A DNA stretch of 64,000 nucleotides, taken from a virus. The translations under genes were made by a program, and so were the position numbers. The first letter of the stretch is position 1, and each line of letters opens with the position of its first letter. Where the stretch lies: the IMG/VR virus record IMGVR_UViG_3300032053_000043, positions 11,104-75,103 of that record. One strand, 5' to 3'. A model generated the notes under the pieces. It saw only the letters and a program-made list of their open reading frames with translations, did no database searches and was not told the origin of the DNA. Below are positions 53,283 through 62,120 of the stretch, piece after piece.

Positions 53283-54602
53283 ATGGACGAATATATAGGA
53301 ATCAACGACATAATTGTTGTAGACCGCCAACGCCAAGACCTTGGTGACATTGGTGCTTTAGCAGAGTCTATAAAGATTCATGGATTGATACAACCAATCG
53401 TAATCGAGAAGACTTTGGACCTGCTCGTAGTCGGCGGGCGCCGTTTAGCCGCTGTCAAGAAGCTTGGTTGGACGCAGTTACTCCATGGTCGAGACTTCAT
53501 TTTTAAAGACGAACGCGATCCACTTTCTCTTGCCGCAATCGAACTCGAAGAGAACCTTCAACGCAAAGAGCTTTCCTGGCAAGAAGAAATCGACGCTAAG
53601 AACCGCCTTTTGGCTCTGATGCAAAGCAAGTATGGTACTCCATCGGGCGGCGCCCCCACACGTGCCGAAAGGCTTGGGCTGCAACAGCCAGGCTTTGGAG
53701 TAAATAAGCTTGCCATAATGCTTGGTGAGTCCGCTACGCAAACATCCAAAGATTTGGAACTGGCAAAGCTTGTGAAGCTCGTTCCTTCTCTTTTGTTGGA
53801 ACCAACAAAGACGGCCGCAATGCGGAAGGCACAAGTGCTGTTAAGCATCGCCACAATGTCAGGTATCGGACAGCCGAAATCCGTAACTACAACTGAAATG
53901 GCTCCACAGGAATGGATTCTTTACGAAGGTGACTTCCGCATGAACGCCGACAAAGTTGCTGATGAGTCCGTTGACTTAGTATACACCGACTTGCCTTATG
54001 GTGTAGACATAGATTCTCTAATGTCGCGGCATGCCACGGGGACTTTACGCTACGAAGATACAGAATCCATTGTTAGTTTACTACCAGATATTGCGAAGCA
54101 AAGCTACCGTGTTTTGAAAAACAACCGCTACGCGGTATTCTGGTTCGGCTTTCGTTACCATTGTACCTTGTTAGAAGCTTTGACCACCACAGGCTTCCGC
54201 GTTGATGCCATGCCCTTTATTTGGTACAAAGCTGGCTCATCCGCTCCTTCAGAGCAACCGCACATAAAGTATGGAATAAAATACGACGCGGCGCTGATTT
54301 GCGCCAAAGGCAGTCCAGTCTTTATTAGACAAGGTCAACCGAATGTAATGGAATTGCCCGCGACTCCGCGTTTGGAGAAACTGCAAGTTGCACAGCAACC
54401 GATTGCGCTGCCGGAAAAGTTCATCAAAGATATGGTTGTGCGTGGAGCAACTGTGTTGGACTGGATGTGCGGCGCCGGGACTACAGGAGTAGCCGCGTTG
54501 CGGTGTGGGTGCAAAGTTATACTCTTTGAGCAGGATAAGCTCTGCTGCGAAGCTACCAAAGGTAGAATGATGCAGGAGGAGAAAAGGAATGAACCTACTT
54601 GA
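53283..54602 (+). CDS. ParB-like domain fused to N6/N4 DNA methyltransferase
   Basis: LAESIK.HGLIQPI, GGRRL.A, ELEENLQRK; VYTDLPYG and VLDWMCGAGTTG. Confidence 0.9.
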   Translation: MDEYIGINDIIVVDRQRQDLGDIGALAESIKIHGLIQPIVIEKTLDLLVVGGRRLAAVKKLGWTQLLHGRDFIFKDERDPLSLAAIELEENLQRKELSWQEEIDAKNRLLALMQSKYGTPSGGAPTRAERLGLQQPGFGVNKLAIMLGESATQTSKDLELAKLVKLVPSLLLEPTKTAAMRKAQVLLSIATMSGIGQPKSVTTTEMAPQEWILYEGDFRMNADKVADESVDLVYTDLPYGVDIDSLMSRHATGTLRYEDTESIVSLLPDIAKQSYRVLKNNRYAVFWFGFRYHCTLLEALTTTGFRVDAMPFIWYKAGSSAPSEQPHIKYGIKYDAALICAKGSPVFIRQGQPNVMELPATPRLEKLQVAQQPIALPEKFIKDMVVRGATVLDWMCGAGTTGVAALRCGCKVILFEQDKLCCEATKGRMMQEEKRNEPT

Positions 54603-54831
54603 AGTGGTCAGGCGTAAAATAGTGGTGAAAGACTTCTTAAACCGTGTAACGGGAGGCGCACGCCGAGTTACATGTAAACATTGTACTTCGGTAATCACGG
54701 TCCATATGTCTGTTGGAGGCTCCGGCGAACTCGATATGCAGATAGACGACTTCCTAAAAGAGTTGCTGGAGAGTTCGCGTGTAGAAGAATCTTCAACGGA
54801 TCAGGTCGTGGAACTGGAAATTCCGCAATGA
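54589..54831 (+). CDS. Hypothetical protein
   Basis: Coupled ORF, CKHC. Confidence 0.5.
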   Translation: MNLLEVVRRKIVVKDFLNRVTGGARRVTCKHCTSVITVHMSVGGSGELDMQIDDFLKELLESSRVEESSTDQVVELEIPQ

Positions 54832-56009
54832 ACTACACTGAAGTCCTCAAAGCTCGGTGTAAAGAACTGAATCTCAACTACGTTGGGATTCGCGGGAACC
54901 CATTCGCTCCCATTTGTGTCATTGGCGAAGCTCCAGGCGATGAGGAAAATAAATCCGGCTTGCCCTTTGTCGGTGCCTCTGGCAAAGAGCAAGACAGAAT
55001 GCTCCACGAAGCGGGTATAGCACCAAACGAAGTGTGGTTCACGAATCCTTACAAAGTCCAACCTCCGAATAACGACTTGTCGTTGTTGGAAACCAGGGGT
55101 ATTCCCCCGGACCTTTACGAGAATCAATTCTACGAGGAACTACGCCAGTACAAACCGACCATAATCATTTGCGCCGGCGCGACTGCAATGAAACTCCTTT
55201 GTCCCCAAACAGGGAAGCGGAGAGGACAGAAGATCGAATTTCTAATTGGCAAATGGCGTGGTTCTATCCTTACAAGTCCTAGTCATATTCTAACTTGGTC
55301 CCACTATGTAATCCCCGTCCAGCATCCCGCTTACATACTTCGTGAGTGGTCTGAAAGACAAATCTCGGTGATGATTTATGAAAAGGCTAAAGAAGAATAC
55401 GAATACATGCGTAAGTTTGGTAAATTGCAACCACTGCCAGAGAGGCAGTTCCTACTGGCGCCGAAGTTTCCTACTTTGTATGAGTTTTTAACTCCGTTGA
55501 TCGAAAAGCGAACGCGGATTTCCGTTGATGTAGAACTTTTATGGCAAAGACAAAACAAATCCCTTGGTCTGGAAAGCCGGAGGTTACTTTATACTATCGC
55601 AATTGCCCCCTCGCCTTATTTGGCGACATCGTTTTGTTTGTGGGATTATACGGAACAGGAAACGATCGGACTTTTCGCACTTCTGTCGGAACTGTTCCAG
55701 AAATGCCCCCAAATTGGACAGAACTACTTGTCATTCGATTGCCATTGGCTCGGAACCGTAGGTCTTCGGCCAAACGTAAACCTTGTTGACGATACGTTAG
55801 TAAGGCATCACGTCCTTTGGATAGAACTTCCGCACAAGCTCGACTTTCAAGCTATGCACCTTACAAGAGAGCCATTCTGGAAAGATGAGGCACACCATTG
55901 GTATGTTGGTGCCGATAAGTTTGCACTCCTACGATATAATGCGAAGGACGCCGCAGTTACTTACGAAATCTTCCTGGAACAGGAAAAGGAACTAAATTGT
56001 CAGGCTTAG
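54828..56009 (+). CDS. Uracil-DNA glycosylase-like domain fused to 3'-5' exonuclease (N-terminal part of split PolA)
   Basis: IGEAPG..E...G.PFVG.SG, HPA.ILR; ExoI SVDVE, ExoII GQNY.SFD, ExoIII YNAKD. Confidence 0.9.
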   Translation: MNYTEVLKARCKELNLNYVGIRGNPFAPICVIGEAPGDEENKSGLPFVGASGKEQDRMLHEAGIAPNEVWFTNPYKVQPPNNDLSLLETRGIPPDLYENQFYEELRQYKPTIIICAGATAMKLLCPQTGKRRGQKIEFLIGKWRGSILTSPSHILTWSHYVIPVQHPAYILREWSERQISVMIYEKAKEEYEYMRKFGKLQPLPERQFLLAPKFPTLYEFLTPLIEKRTRISVDVELLWQRQNKSLGLESRRLLYTIAIAPSPYLATSFCLWDYTEQETIGLFALLSELFQKCPQIGQNYLSFDCHWLGTVGLRPNVNLVDDTLVRHHVLWIELPHKLDFQAMHLTREPFWKDEAHHWYVGADKFALLRYNAKDAAVTYEIFLEQEKELNCQA

Positions 56010-57403
56010 AATTTTGCCAATACGAAACACAGCTCGCTAGATGTTTGCACAACATCGAGCGCCGCGGGATCGCCGTCGATGTAGCGAAGCTAGAGGCTTT
56101 GCGTACTGAAGTATCACAAGAAATTGACAAAGAGCTTGCCGAAATTGCAGATGAAACCGGCACGAAAGCGGTGCTTTACAAAGAGGAAGCGAAGCAAGGC
56201 GAAATGGTACTAAACTCTGCTCCGCAAGTGATAAAGCTTTTAGAATCCAGAGGACTCGAAGTTCCCGCTTCGCGTACCACGGGCAAAGCCACCACGGCGA
56301 GTGATGCTCTTTATACTTTACTAGCAAAAACCGGCGATCCAATCCTACATAGTATATTGAAAATTCGTGAACTTGGAAAGCTTCGCTCTGTTTACATCGC
56401 GGCCCCGCTGCATAACGGAGTTCTTTACACCTCGATTAGAGCAACCGGAACGGAGACTGGAAGACGATCCTCATCCGAGAGCTTCGCTCGTCTCGGAACG
56501 AATACGCAGAATTTGCCAAAGCACTCACAATGGGGAATGAAATATCGGGAGTGTTTAGTAGCAAGGCCCGGTAAGGTTTTCCTGCAGGTCGACCAAAAGA
56601 CTGCTGAAGATTGGCTCGTCCATGGAATGATTGCAAGTGCCTCCGGCATCGAAACTGGAATCAACGAGTTACTCTCCGGAGTAAATCGCCATAAGAAGCT
56701 CGCGGCGTTTATTTTCGGGATGCCAGAGAATGAAATCTCCAAGGATTGCATCCAGTATTACCTCGCAAAGCGAGCGCGTTACGCAGGTTCCTACGGAATC
56801 GGATCGAATCACATGGCCGAAGCACTCGCTTCCGAAGGACAAGTCGTTAAGCCTTCCGAATGCGCTGTTTTACTCGACAAATTCCACGAAGCGGAGCCCG
56901 CGATACGCGGCGTGTTCCAAAAATGGGTAATCGACGAAATTTCGCGCGAGCGTCGTCTGACAACTCCATTGGGACGAACACGTATTTTCTTTGGACTACG
57001 TCCATATGCCGATAACAACGCAATTTTCCGTAAGGGCTTCGCCTTCATTCCACAGTCCACTGTAGGAGACAACAATGGAATGGCCATCGTTGCCATCGAA
57101 GATGCTCAGCCAATTGTATTGGCTGAGTCTCACGATTCCATCCTGGTCGAAATTAACGATAGCTGGGTGGAAATCCGGAACACTGCGAAGCTGATCCAAA
57201 AAGCCTTCGATCGGAGACTTTGGATTCCTCCAAAAGGATTCGGGGTTACGATCCCGATTGAACTCGAAATGGGTTATAATTTGGGCTGTATGACCCCATG
57301 CGCCTTCTTAAGCGACCATGGCTTACTGAGTACATGGAACGCCTTAAAGAGTCAAGCGAAGCTCCTCCCAGATTCATGTACTGGTGCGGAGCGGCAATTA
57401 TAG
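55997..57403 (+). CDS. polA: Family A DNA polymerase, polymerase domain
   Basis: TETGR.SS, N.QNLPK, motif A VDQKTAE, motif B AKRARYAGSYG, PQSTVGD, motif C HDSI. Confidence 0.9.
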   Translation: MSGLEFCQYETQLARCLHNIERRGIAVDVAKLEALRTEVSQEIDKELAEIADETGTKAVLYKEEAKQGEMVLNSAPQVIKLLESRGLEVPASRTTGKATTASDALYTLLAKTGDPILHSILKIRELGKLRSVYIAAPLHNGVLYTSIRATGTETGRRSSSESFARLGTNTQNLPKHSQWGMKYRECLVARPGKVFLQVDQKTAEDWLVHGMIASASGIETGINELLSGVNRHKKLAAFIFGMPENEISKDCIQYYLAKRARYAGSYGIGSNHMAEALASEGQVVKPSECAVLLDKFHEAEPAIRGVFQKWVIDEISRERRLTTPLGRTRIFFGLRPYADNNAIFRKGFAFIPQSTVGDNNGMAIVAIEDAQPIVLAESHDSILVEINDSWVEIRNTAKLIQKAFDRRLWIPPKGFGVTIPIELEMGYNLGCMTPCAFLSDHGLLSTWNALKSQAKLLPDSCTGAERQL

Positions 57404-58491
57404 CTGCGGCTATGAAACGTCACGTTTGGCTCAAGCGAGGTACTCACAAGCTTTATCCGAATATGTACACGGTATTAGTCGGCCCACCTGGTGCGGGTAA
57501 AGGTGCAGCGATAAATCCAGCGATAAACGTAATACGTCCGTCTGGCACAATTAACATGCTGTCGGATAGACTAACAGTACCTTACATTCTCGAACGGCTA
57601 GCCAAAGGCTTTAGCTCCGCTACTATAACGCAAAGCGGTGGTACATCAATCGGATTCGATAGTTCCGTACTCTTAGTAGCAACAGAACTTCCAGTGTTAC
57701 TACGCGATCCGGATGGTCTGAAAGACTTATCCGACTTGTGGGACTCGCGTGAGCATCCATTTGACTACGGCACCCGTGGTAAGGGTCTCTTCACAATTGA
57801 CAAGCCGTGTGTAAATCTCCTCGGTGGTGTTACCCCAGGTGGAATGGTCAGAGCACTTCCAGAGGAAACGATAAGCAGCGGCTTTACTAGACGAATCAAT
57901 TTCATTTATGCTCCGCATCGGGGCAAAGATGTTCCATGGCCGCCCGACATAATTCCTCCGGATGATTTACTAGACGACCTTCGGTACATCTCTTCGCATT
58001 TGCAGGGAGAATTTAAGTTCAGTCCAGAAGCACGTATGAAATTCGAGCAAGTCTACTATGCGTCAACTCCAGGAGATATTGAAGACGAAGTGGTAAGCTC
58101 GTACAAGTCCACGAAGTGGGTCCACGCAGCGAAGCTTGCAATGGCGTTGAGTGCAGCGCGGTGCGACGATTTGGTAATAAGCCTCGAAGATATAACGCAG
58201 GCGTCTAACGAAATCGACCAAATCGAAGAAGATATACTAAGAGTCTTCCGAAGGGTTGGCGAAAGTGACCTAACAGTCGTTGGGGACAAAATACTAACGC
58301 TTATTGAAGCCAGGGGCTACGCCTCGCGCAGCGAGATTACAAAAGCTATGTGGCGCCACGCCACAAGCGAAGATATTACAAGGATTATGACAACGTTAAT
58401 TGACGCCGGAATTGTAATCGAAAAGCAAACAGGCAATAAGATTCTTTACCAGGTAATACCACCACTAGCTCTAGGAGGGGCTACACCGTGA
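57298..58491 (+). CDS. DUF3987-like replicative helicase with C-terminal winged helix
   Basis: SEAP..F..W, YPN.Y.VLVG.PG.GK, L.DLWD, GF..R..F. Confidence 0.8.
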   Translation: MRLLKRPWLTEYMERLKESSEAPPRFMYWCGAAIIAAAMKRHVWLKRGTHKLYPNMYTVLVGPPGAGKGAAINPAINVIRPSGTINMLSDRLTVPYILERLAKGFSSATITQSGGTSIGFDSSVLLVATELPVLLRDPDGLKDLSDLWDSREHPFDYGTRGKGLFTIDKPCVNLLGGVTPGGMVRALPEETISSGFTRRINFIYAPHRGKDVPWPPDIIPPDDLLDDLRYISSHLQGEFKFSPEARMKFEQVYYASTPGDIEDEVVSSYKSTKWVHAAKLAMALSAARCDDLVISLEDITQASNEIDQIEEDILRVFRRVGESDLTVVGDKILTLIEARGYASRSEITKAMWRHATSEDITRIMTTLIDAGIVIEKQTGNKILYQVIPPLALGGATP

Positions 58492-58733
58492 TAAGAGAAG
58501 CAATTGAAGCTGGGATCTTCTTCGACAAGCTCCAAAGTTTTATTAGGATCAAAGTCTGCGTCTCACGCAACGAAATCCTAAGAGCCATGTGGCGCTACGC
58601 TTCGTCCAGGGATGTACTTGAGGGTCTAGCATTGCTAATTGACGACGGTACTATAATCGAAGCGTGCAAGGGTGGCAAAGTCGTCTACCAAATGCCACCA
58701 TCGGCATCAGTCGTAGGAGGGGCTACGCCTTGA
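58488..58733 (+). CDS. Stand-alone paralog of the helicase C-terminal winged helix
   Basis: SRNEILRAMWRYASS..LIDDG..YQ..GGATP vs helicase SRSEITKAMWRHATS..LIDAG..YQ..GGATP. Confidence 0.75.
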   Translation: MIREAIEAGIFFDKLQSFIRIKVCVSRNEILRAMWRYASSRDVLEGLALLIDDGTIIEACKGGKVVYQMPPSASVVGGATP

Positions 58734-58969
58734 CAAAGACACTTAAATACATATTATCTTTTTTGCTTGGTTGTACGCATCGCCGTGAGACGCGCCCGTT
58801 GCGAAGGCGTATGCGAAACGGAAAGCTCAACTACTACAAGTCAAGCTACGTAGTATGCCTGGATTGCGGCCGCGAACGCGATTGCGATACTTGGGATCCA
58901 AAGAAGAGTGAGGAAACGTATGTTGGACATTCACATTCGCACGATACCACACGGGTCACAGCGTTATAA
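58730..58969 (+). CDS. Small Cys/His protein
   Basis: GC.H......YVVCLDCG.E. Confidence 0.6.
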   Translation: MTKTLKYILSFLLGCTHRRETRPLRRRMRNGKLNYYKSSYVVCLDCGRERDCDTWDPKKSEETYVGHSHSHDTTRVTAL

Positions 58970-59330
58970 CACGGTTGGGGATTGGGTGTTCTTTGAAGGC
59001 CCGTCAGGACCGGCGCTTGACGTTTTGGTCTCTGAACTATCAAACCACCAACGGGAATTGCTGATTGCCGTTCACGAACTTGTGGAAGCGTTCCTTTGCG
59101 AGTACAAAGGAATTACCAATGAAGGGGTCGACCGATTCGATTTAAATTTCGATTTTGAGAAAGGCGGCGAAGGCGAACCAGGAGACGATCCCCGTTGTCC
59201 TTACGCGAAACCGCATGGAATCGCTTCGTCTGTCGAACGCCTCGTTGCCACCGAATTGGGCGTTAGCTGGTCTGAGTACGAAGCGGAGCTAGGGCTTTTA
59301 GCTTTGGAATGGAAAAAGAAAAGGGAGTGA
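58920..59330 (+). CDS. Conserved phage protein with HExxE motif
   Basis: QRY.TVGDW, HELVE, EPGDDP..PY..H..A. Confidence 0.7.
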   Translation: MLDIHIRTIPHGSQRYNTVGDWVFFEGPSGPALDVLVSELSNHQRELLIAVHELVEAFLCEYKGITNEGVDRFDLNFDFEKGGEGEPGDDPRCPYAKPHGIASSVERLVATELGVSWSEYEAELGLLALEWKKKRE

Positions 59331-59334
59331 GAAC

Positions 59335-59703
59335 ATGGACTGCATCCTAATCCCGCAGGGAGCGAGGATACTCGTCGAAACTGACGAGTTCAAATATACT
59401 GGCGTATTGGTAATACCTGACAACGCGAAGCGGAGACCGACTACTGGGGTAATAAGGGCAGCGGGACCGCAAGCTTCATTATGTACCATCCCCCACGATC
59501 TTGATCAGGAGCACAGCGGTCCTGAAGAGTTGTGTATACACAAGTGTATGGGTCTTCACATCGGAGACCGTGTCCTTTACGGCCAGTTCTCTGGTACTCT
59601 TGTACAATTCAAGGGTAAACCCGTATACACAATCTTCGGTGCGGACGAAGTCCTCGCCAAAGTCGTCTCCGACGAAGTCCTTGATTATACAGCGGCGGGC
59701 TAA
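59335..59703 (+). CDS. groES: GroES/Cpn10 co-chaperonin
   Basis: P.G.RILV, G.LVIPDNAK.RP..G...A.GP, GDRVLY..FSGT, EVLA. Confidence 0.85.
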   Translation: MDCILIPQGARILVETDEFKYTGVLVIPDNAKRRPTTGVIRAAGPQASLCTIPHDLDQEHSGPEELCIHKCMGLHIGDRVLYGQFSGTLVQFKGKPVYTIFGADEVLAKVVSDEVLDYTAAG

Positions 59704-59717
59704 ACACACTTATGACG

Positions 59718-59740
59718 AAGTATCAATTAAGTTGATACTT
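59718..59740. promoter_or_regulatory. Palindromic operator-like motif at convergence of the two arms
   Basis: AAGTATCAAT-TAA-GTTGATACTT. Confidence 0.7.
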
Positions 59741-59757
59741 GTAGCAAAGCTGTGTTA

Positions 59758-59907
59758 CTAGAAACCCCGCTTCGCTTTGCCTTTTTTCTTACCATTACCC
59801 GAACGCCCAGAATAAATCGGAGAGTTCGCCTGCGTCATCGACGCCGAGCGTTCGAGTTTCTTAATTTCGGCTTTGACTTGGTCTGTGGACATTGAGCCTG
59901 AAGCCAT
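59758..59907 (-). CDS. Small basic protein (49 aa)
   Basis: GGAGGA RBS; MASGSMSTDQVKAEIKKL...KKKGKAKRGF. Confidence 0.55.
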   Translation of the reverse strand: MASGSMSTDQVKAEIKKLERSASMTQANSPIYSGRSGNGKKKGKAKRGF

Positions 59908-59927
59908 CTTACGATCCTCCTTTGGAT

Positions 59928-62114
59928 TTACTTCTTTGGGCCTTTAGCCCCTATCTCAAGAATTGCCTTGGTAAGTATATCAAACTCTTTCGGTTTTAGG
60001 TTTCTACCAAGACCTTCGGTTAGCGCGCTGAACACCGCCTTAACCGACTTCCCCTCACGTATCAGCGAAGCCGCTCTGTTTACAGCGTTTTCCTCGCCAA
60101 TTAGCTGCGTTTCCGTCGAAGCTACTTGAGGAGTCTTTCCCGCGATAACCTTAGACTCTACGCCTCCAGCAGCATCAATGCTAACCGTCGTACTGCTCGG
60201 AGCCGCACCAGTTTCACGTCTCGTAGCCTGTCTCTTCGCTGCGCGGCCCTTCGCGTCCAAGAATGGACTCTCCATAATTTCTTGGTGAAATTCTTTCGGG
60301 ACGCTTTCAATTGGCATCTTGCCTTGTTTCACCAGCGCCATAAGACGCTTAGCCTCTATCATACTAGGTGAAGGACGTCCTTTAGGACCAAACTCTCCAC
60401 GAAGGTATACTTTGACGGCGTTTTCCCAGTCGGGGACGATAGGAGGCTTGCCGGAAGGCTTCGCCGCCGCAGTTGCTCTTTCAGCCGCTGCACGAGCTTG
60501 AGCTTGCGCTTGGGGACTTAGCGGACGCATCGCTGGAGGCGTGTCAGCCGATGGCGGTGGCGCCCCTCCCCCACCAGGCGGTGGAGGCGGTCCGGGTGGA
60601 GGCGGCGGCGCAGTACCAGGTCCTGGAGGAAGCTGCGGTGGAGCACCTGGCTCCATCGCCTTAAACTCTGTCGCAGGCGATAGCTTACTGCGCTCACCTT
60701 CCAAGGTGCGCCACGCTCTTTTTACCAATACGTTCGACACTTTGTAGCCCCTACCCGTTAGGACACGGCTTACAGCGATAACAGCGTGCAGTGGTGAGCC
60801 TAAAGCACCACGAGCTGCGTGGTAAGCTTCCCAGCCTGACACTCGATGATACCACGGCTTGGACTCTCCGATTGCGTAATCTATAAGCCGCGCGCCGGTC
60901 TTGTTTACAACTTCCTTGATGTCACCCCACGTTCGGAGTATTTGGCCAGCCTGCGCGGGCTTTGCATACTCATCCGCGGCTTTGACGACCTCTCCACGTA
61001 TTTCCTCCCTCAACGTATGTAACGCCCTCGCCTTTGGCGTCTGACTAGCGGCGAGGCCGCCTTCATATAAGTGTTTGTCTATCAAGTCCTGCATCCAGCG
61101 CGCACTGTCAATACTAATCCGACGCCCCGCGATAATCTCACCTCCCAATTTCTGGAGCTTCAAGGCCTCGGACGGTTGCCATTTCTTCGACTCTTTAAAA
61201 AGTTCATTCAGTACAGGAATAGATGTTCCCGTCCTAAGCTGGACAAGTGGCTGCTGTGCAATCGGACCAAGCCGCTGCATAGCAAAGTCCCATGTCCTTG
61301 TCATGGCTTCATCACCAGCCACTAACTGCCCTTCGAGTCCTCTTTCGGATAGCTTAATGCCTTGCGACCGCGCGGCTTCGGCGATTTCCGGAACGGAACT
61401 TTCCAAGCGCGGGACTTCGACAACGGGCTTTCCCTTTTCGAGTTTGAGGCGTCCTGGAATGGAACCTTTACTTGGAAGACGTGCAATACGAGCCGTAGGC
61501 TCCAATGGATCTATAGCAGCTTCCAGGGAAAGTATAGCACGTGGACGCTCAATAGGACCAAATACCCGAGCGCCAGCTTTGCTAGTAGCGCCCACGACTT
61601 TTCCAGTGACCTTCGGCGCGGCAGCGTACACCGCGGCTTGTGCAAGTGCGCCGCCTATGTCGCCACGTCCAGCCTGCTCTCCAAGTCCTGCTGCAATTGG
61701 TCCCAATACGGGAAGCACCGCTGCACCAACACGCCCCGCAGCCTCTAAAGGACGCCCACCCTTTGCGGCTTCCCAAGCTTTACCAGCCTCAGCAATTTGG
61801 GGTTCAAGTAACCGCGTCGTGGCGACTCCAGCCGGCCCACCAATTCCCATGGCTATACTTTCGGCTGCTCCACTAGGTGGAGCAAGCATACCCGGAACAA
61901 AGCCCGCTATAGACTTGACCGCCTCCCATCCTTGTCCAAGTAAATGACTAGGGGTAAAACCGGCGTAAGGCTCTCTTGTAGGCTTTTCGCCTTCCGTACG
62001 GGCTTGCTTGTGGTACGCCGTAAGGATTCGACGCTTTGCTTCCGACGAAGCCGCTACAAAGCGGTCGTCCCGCAAAACATCCGCCAGTGGTCGTAGTTGT
62101 TGTTCGTCCGGCAT
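59928..62114 (-). CDS. Internal virion/DNA ejection protein
   Basis: 728 aa, Gly/Ala-rich N-half similar in style to 1039..2223, Pro-rich linker. Confidence 0.65.
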   Translation of the reverse strand: MPDEQQLRPLADVLRDDRFVAASSEAKRRILTAYHKQARTEGEKPTREPYAGFTPSHLLGQGWEAVKSIAGFVPGMLAPPSGAAESIAMGIGGPAGVATTRLLEPQIAEAGKAWEAAKGGRPLEAAGRVGAAVLPVLGPIAAGLGEQAGRGDIGGALAQAAVYAAAPKVTGKVVGATSKAGARVFGPIERPRAILSLEAAIDPLEPTARIARLPSKGSIPGRLKLEKGKPVVEVPRLESSVPEIAEAARSQGIKLSERGLEGQLVAGDEAMTRTWDFAMQRLGPIAQQPLVQLRTGTSIPVLNELFKESKKWQPSEALKLQKLGGEIIAGRRISIDSARWMQDLIDKHLYEGGLAASQTPKARALHTLREEIRGEVVKAADEYAKPAQAGQILRTWGDIKEVVNKTGARLIDYAIGESKPWYHRVSGWEAYHAARGALGSPLHAVIAVSRVLTGRGYKVSNVLVKRAWRTLEGERSKLSPATEFKAMEPGAPPQLPPGPGTAPPPPPGPPPPPGGGGAPPPSADTPPAMRPLSPQAQAQARAAAERATAAAKPSGKPPIVPDWENAVKVYLRGEFGPKGRPSPSMIEAKRLMALVKQGKMPIESVPKEFHQEIMESPFLDAKGRAAKRQATRRETGAAPSSTTVSIDAAGGVESKVIAGKTPQVASTETQLIGEENAVNRAASLIREGKSVKAVFSALTEGLGRNLKPKEFDILTKAILEIGAKGPKK

Positions 62115-62120
62115 AACTTG

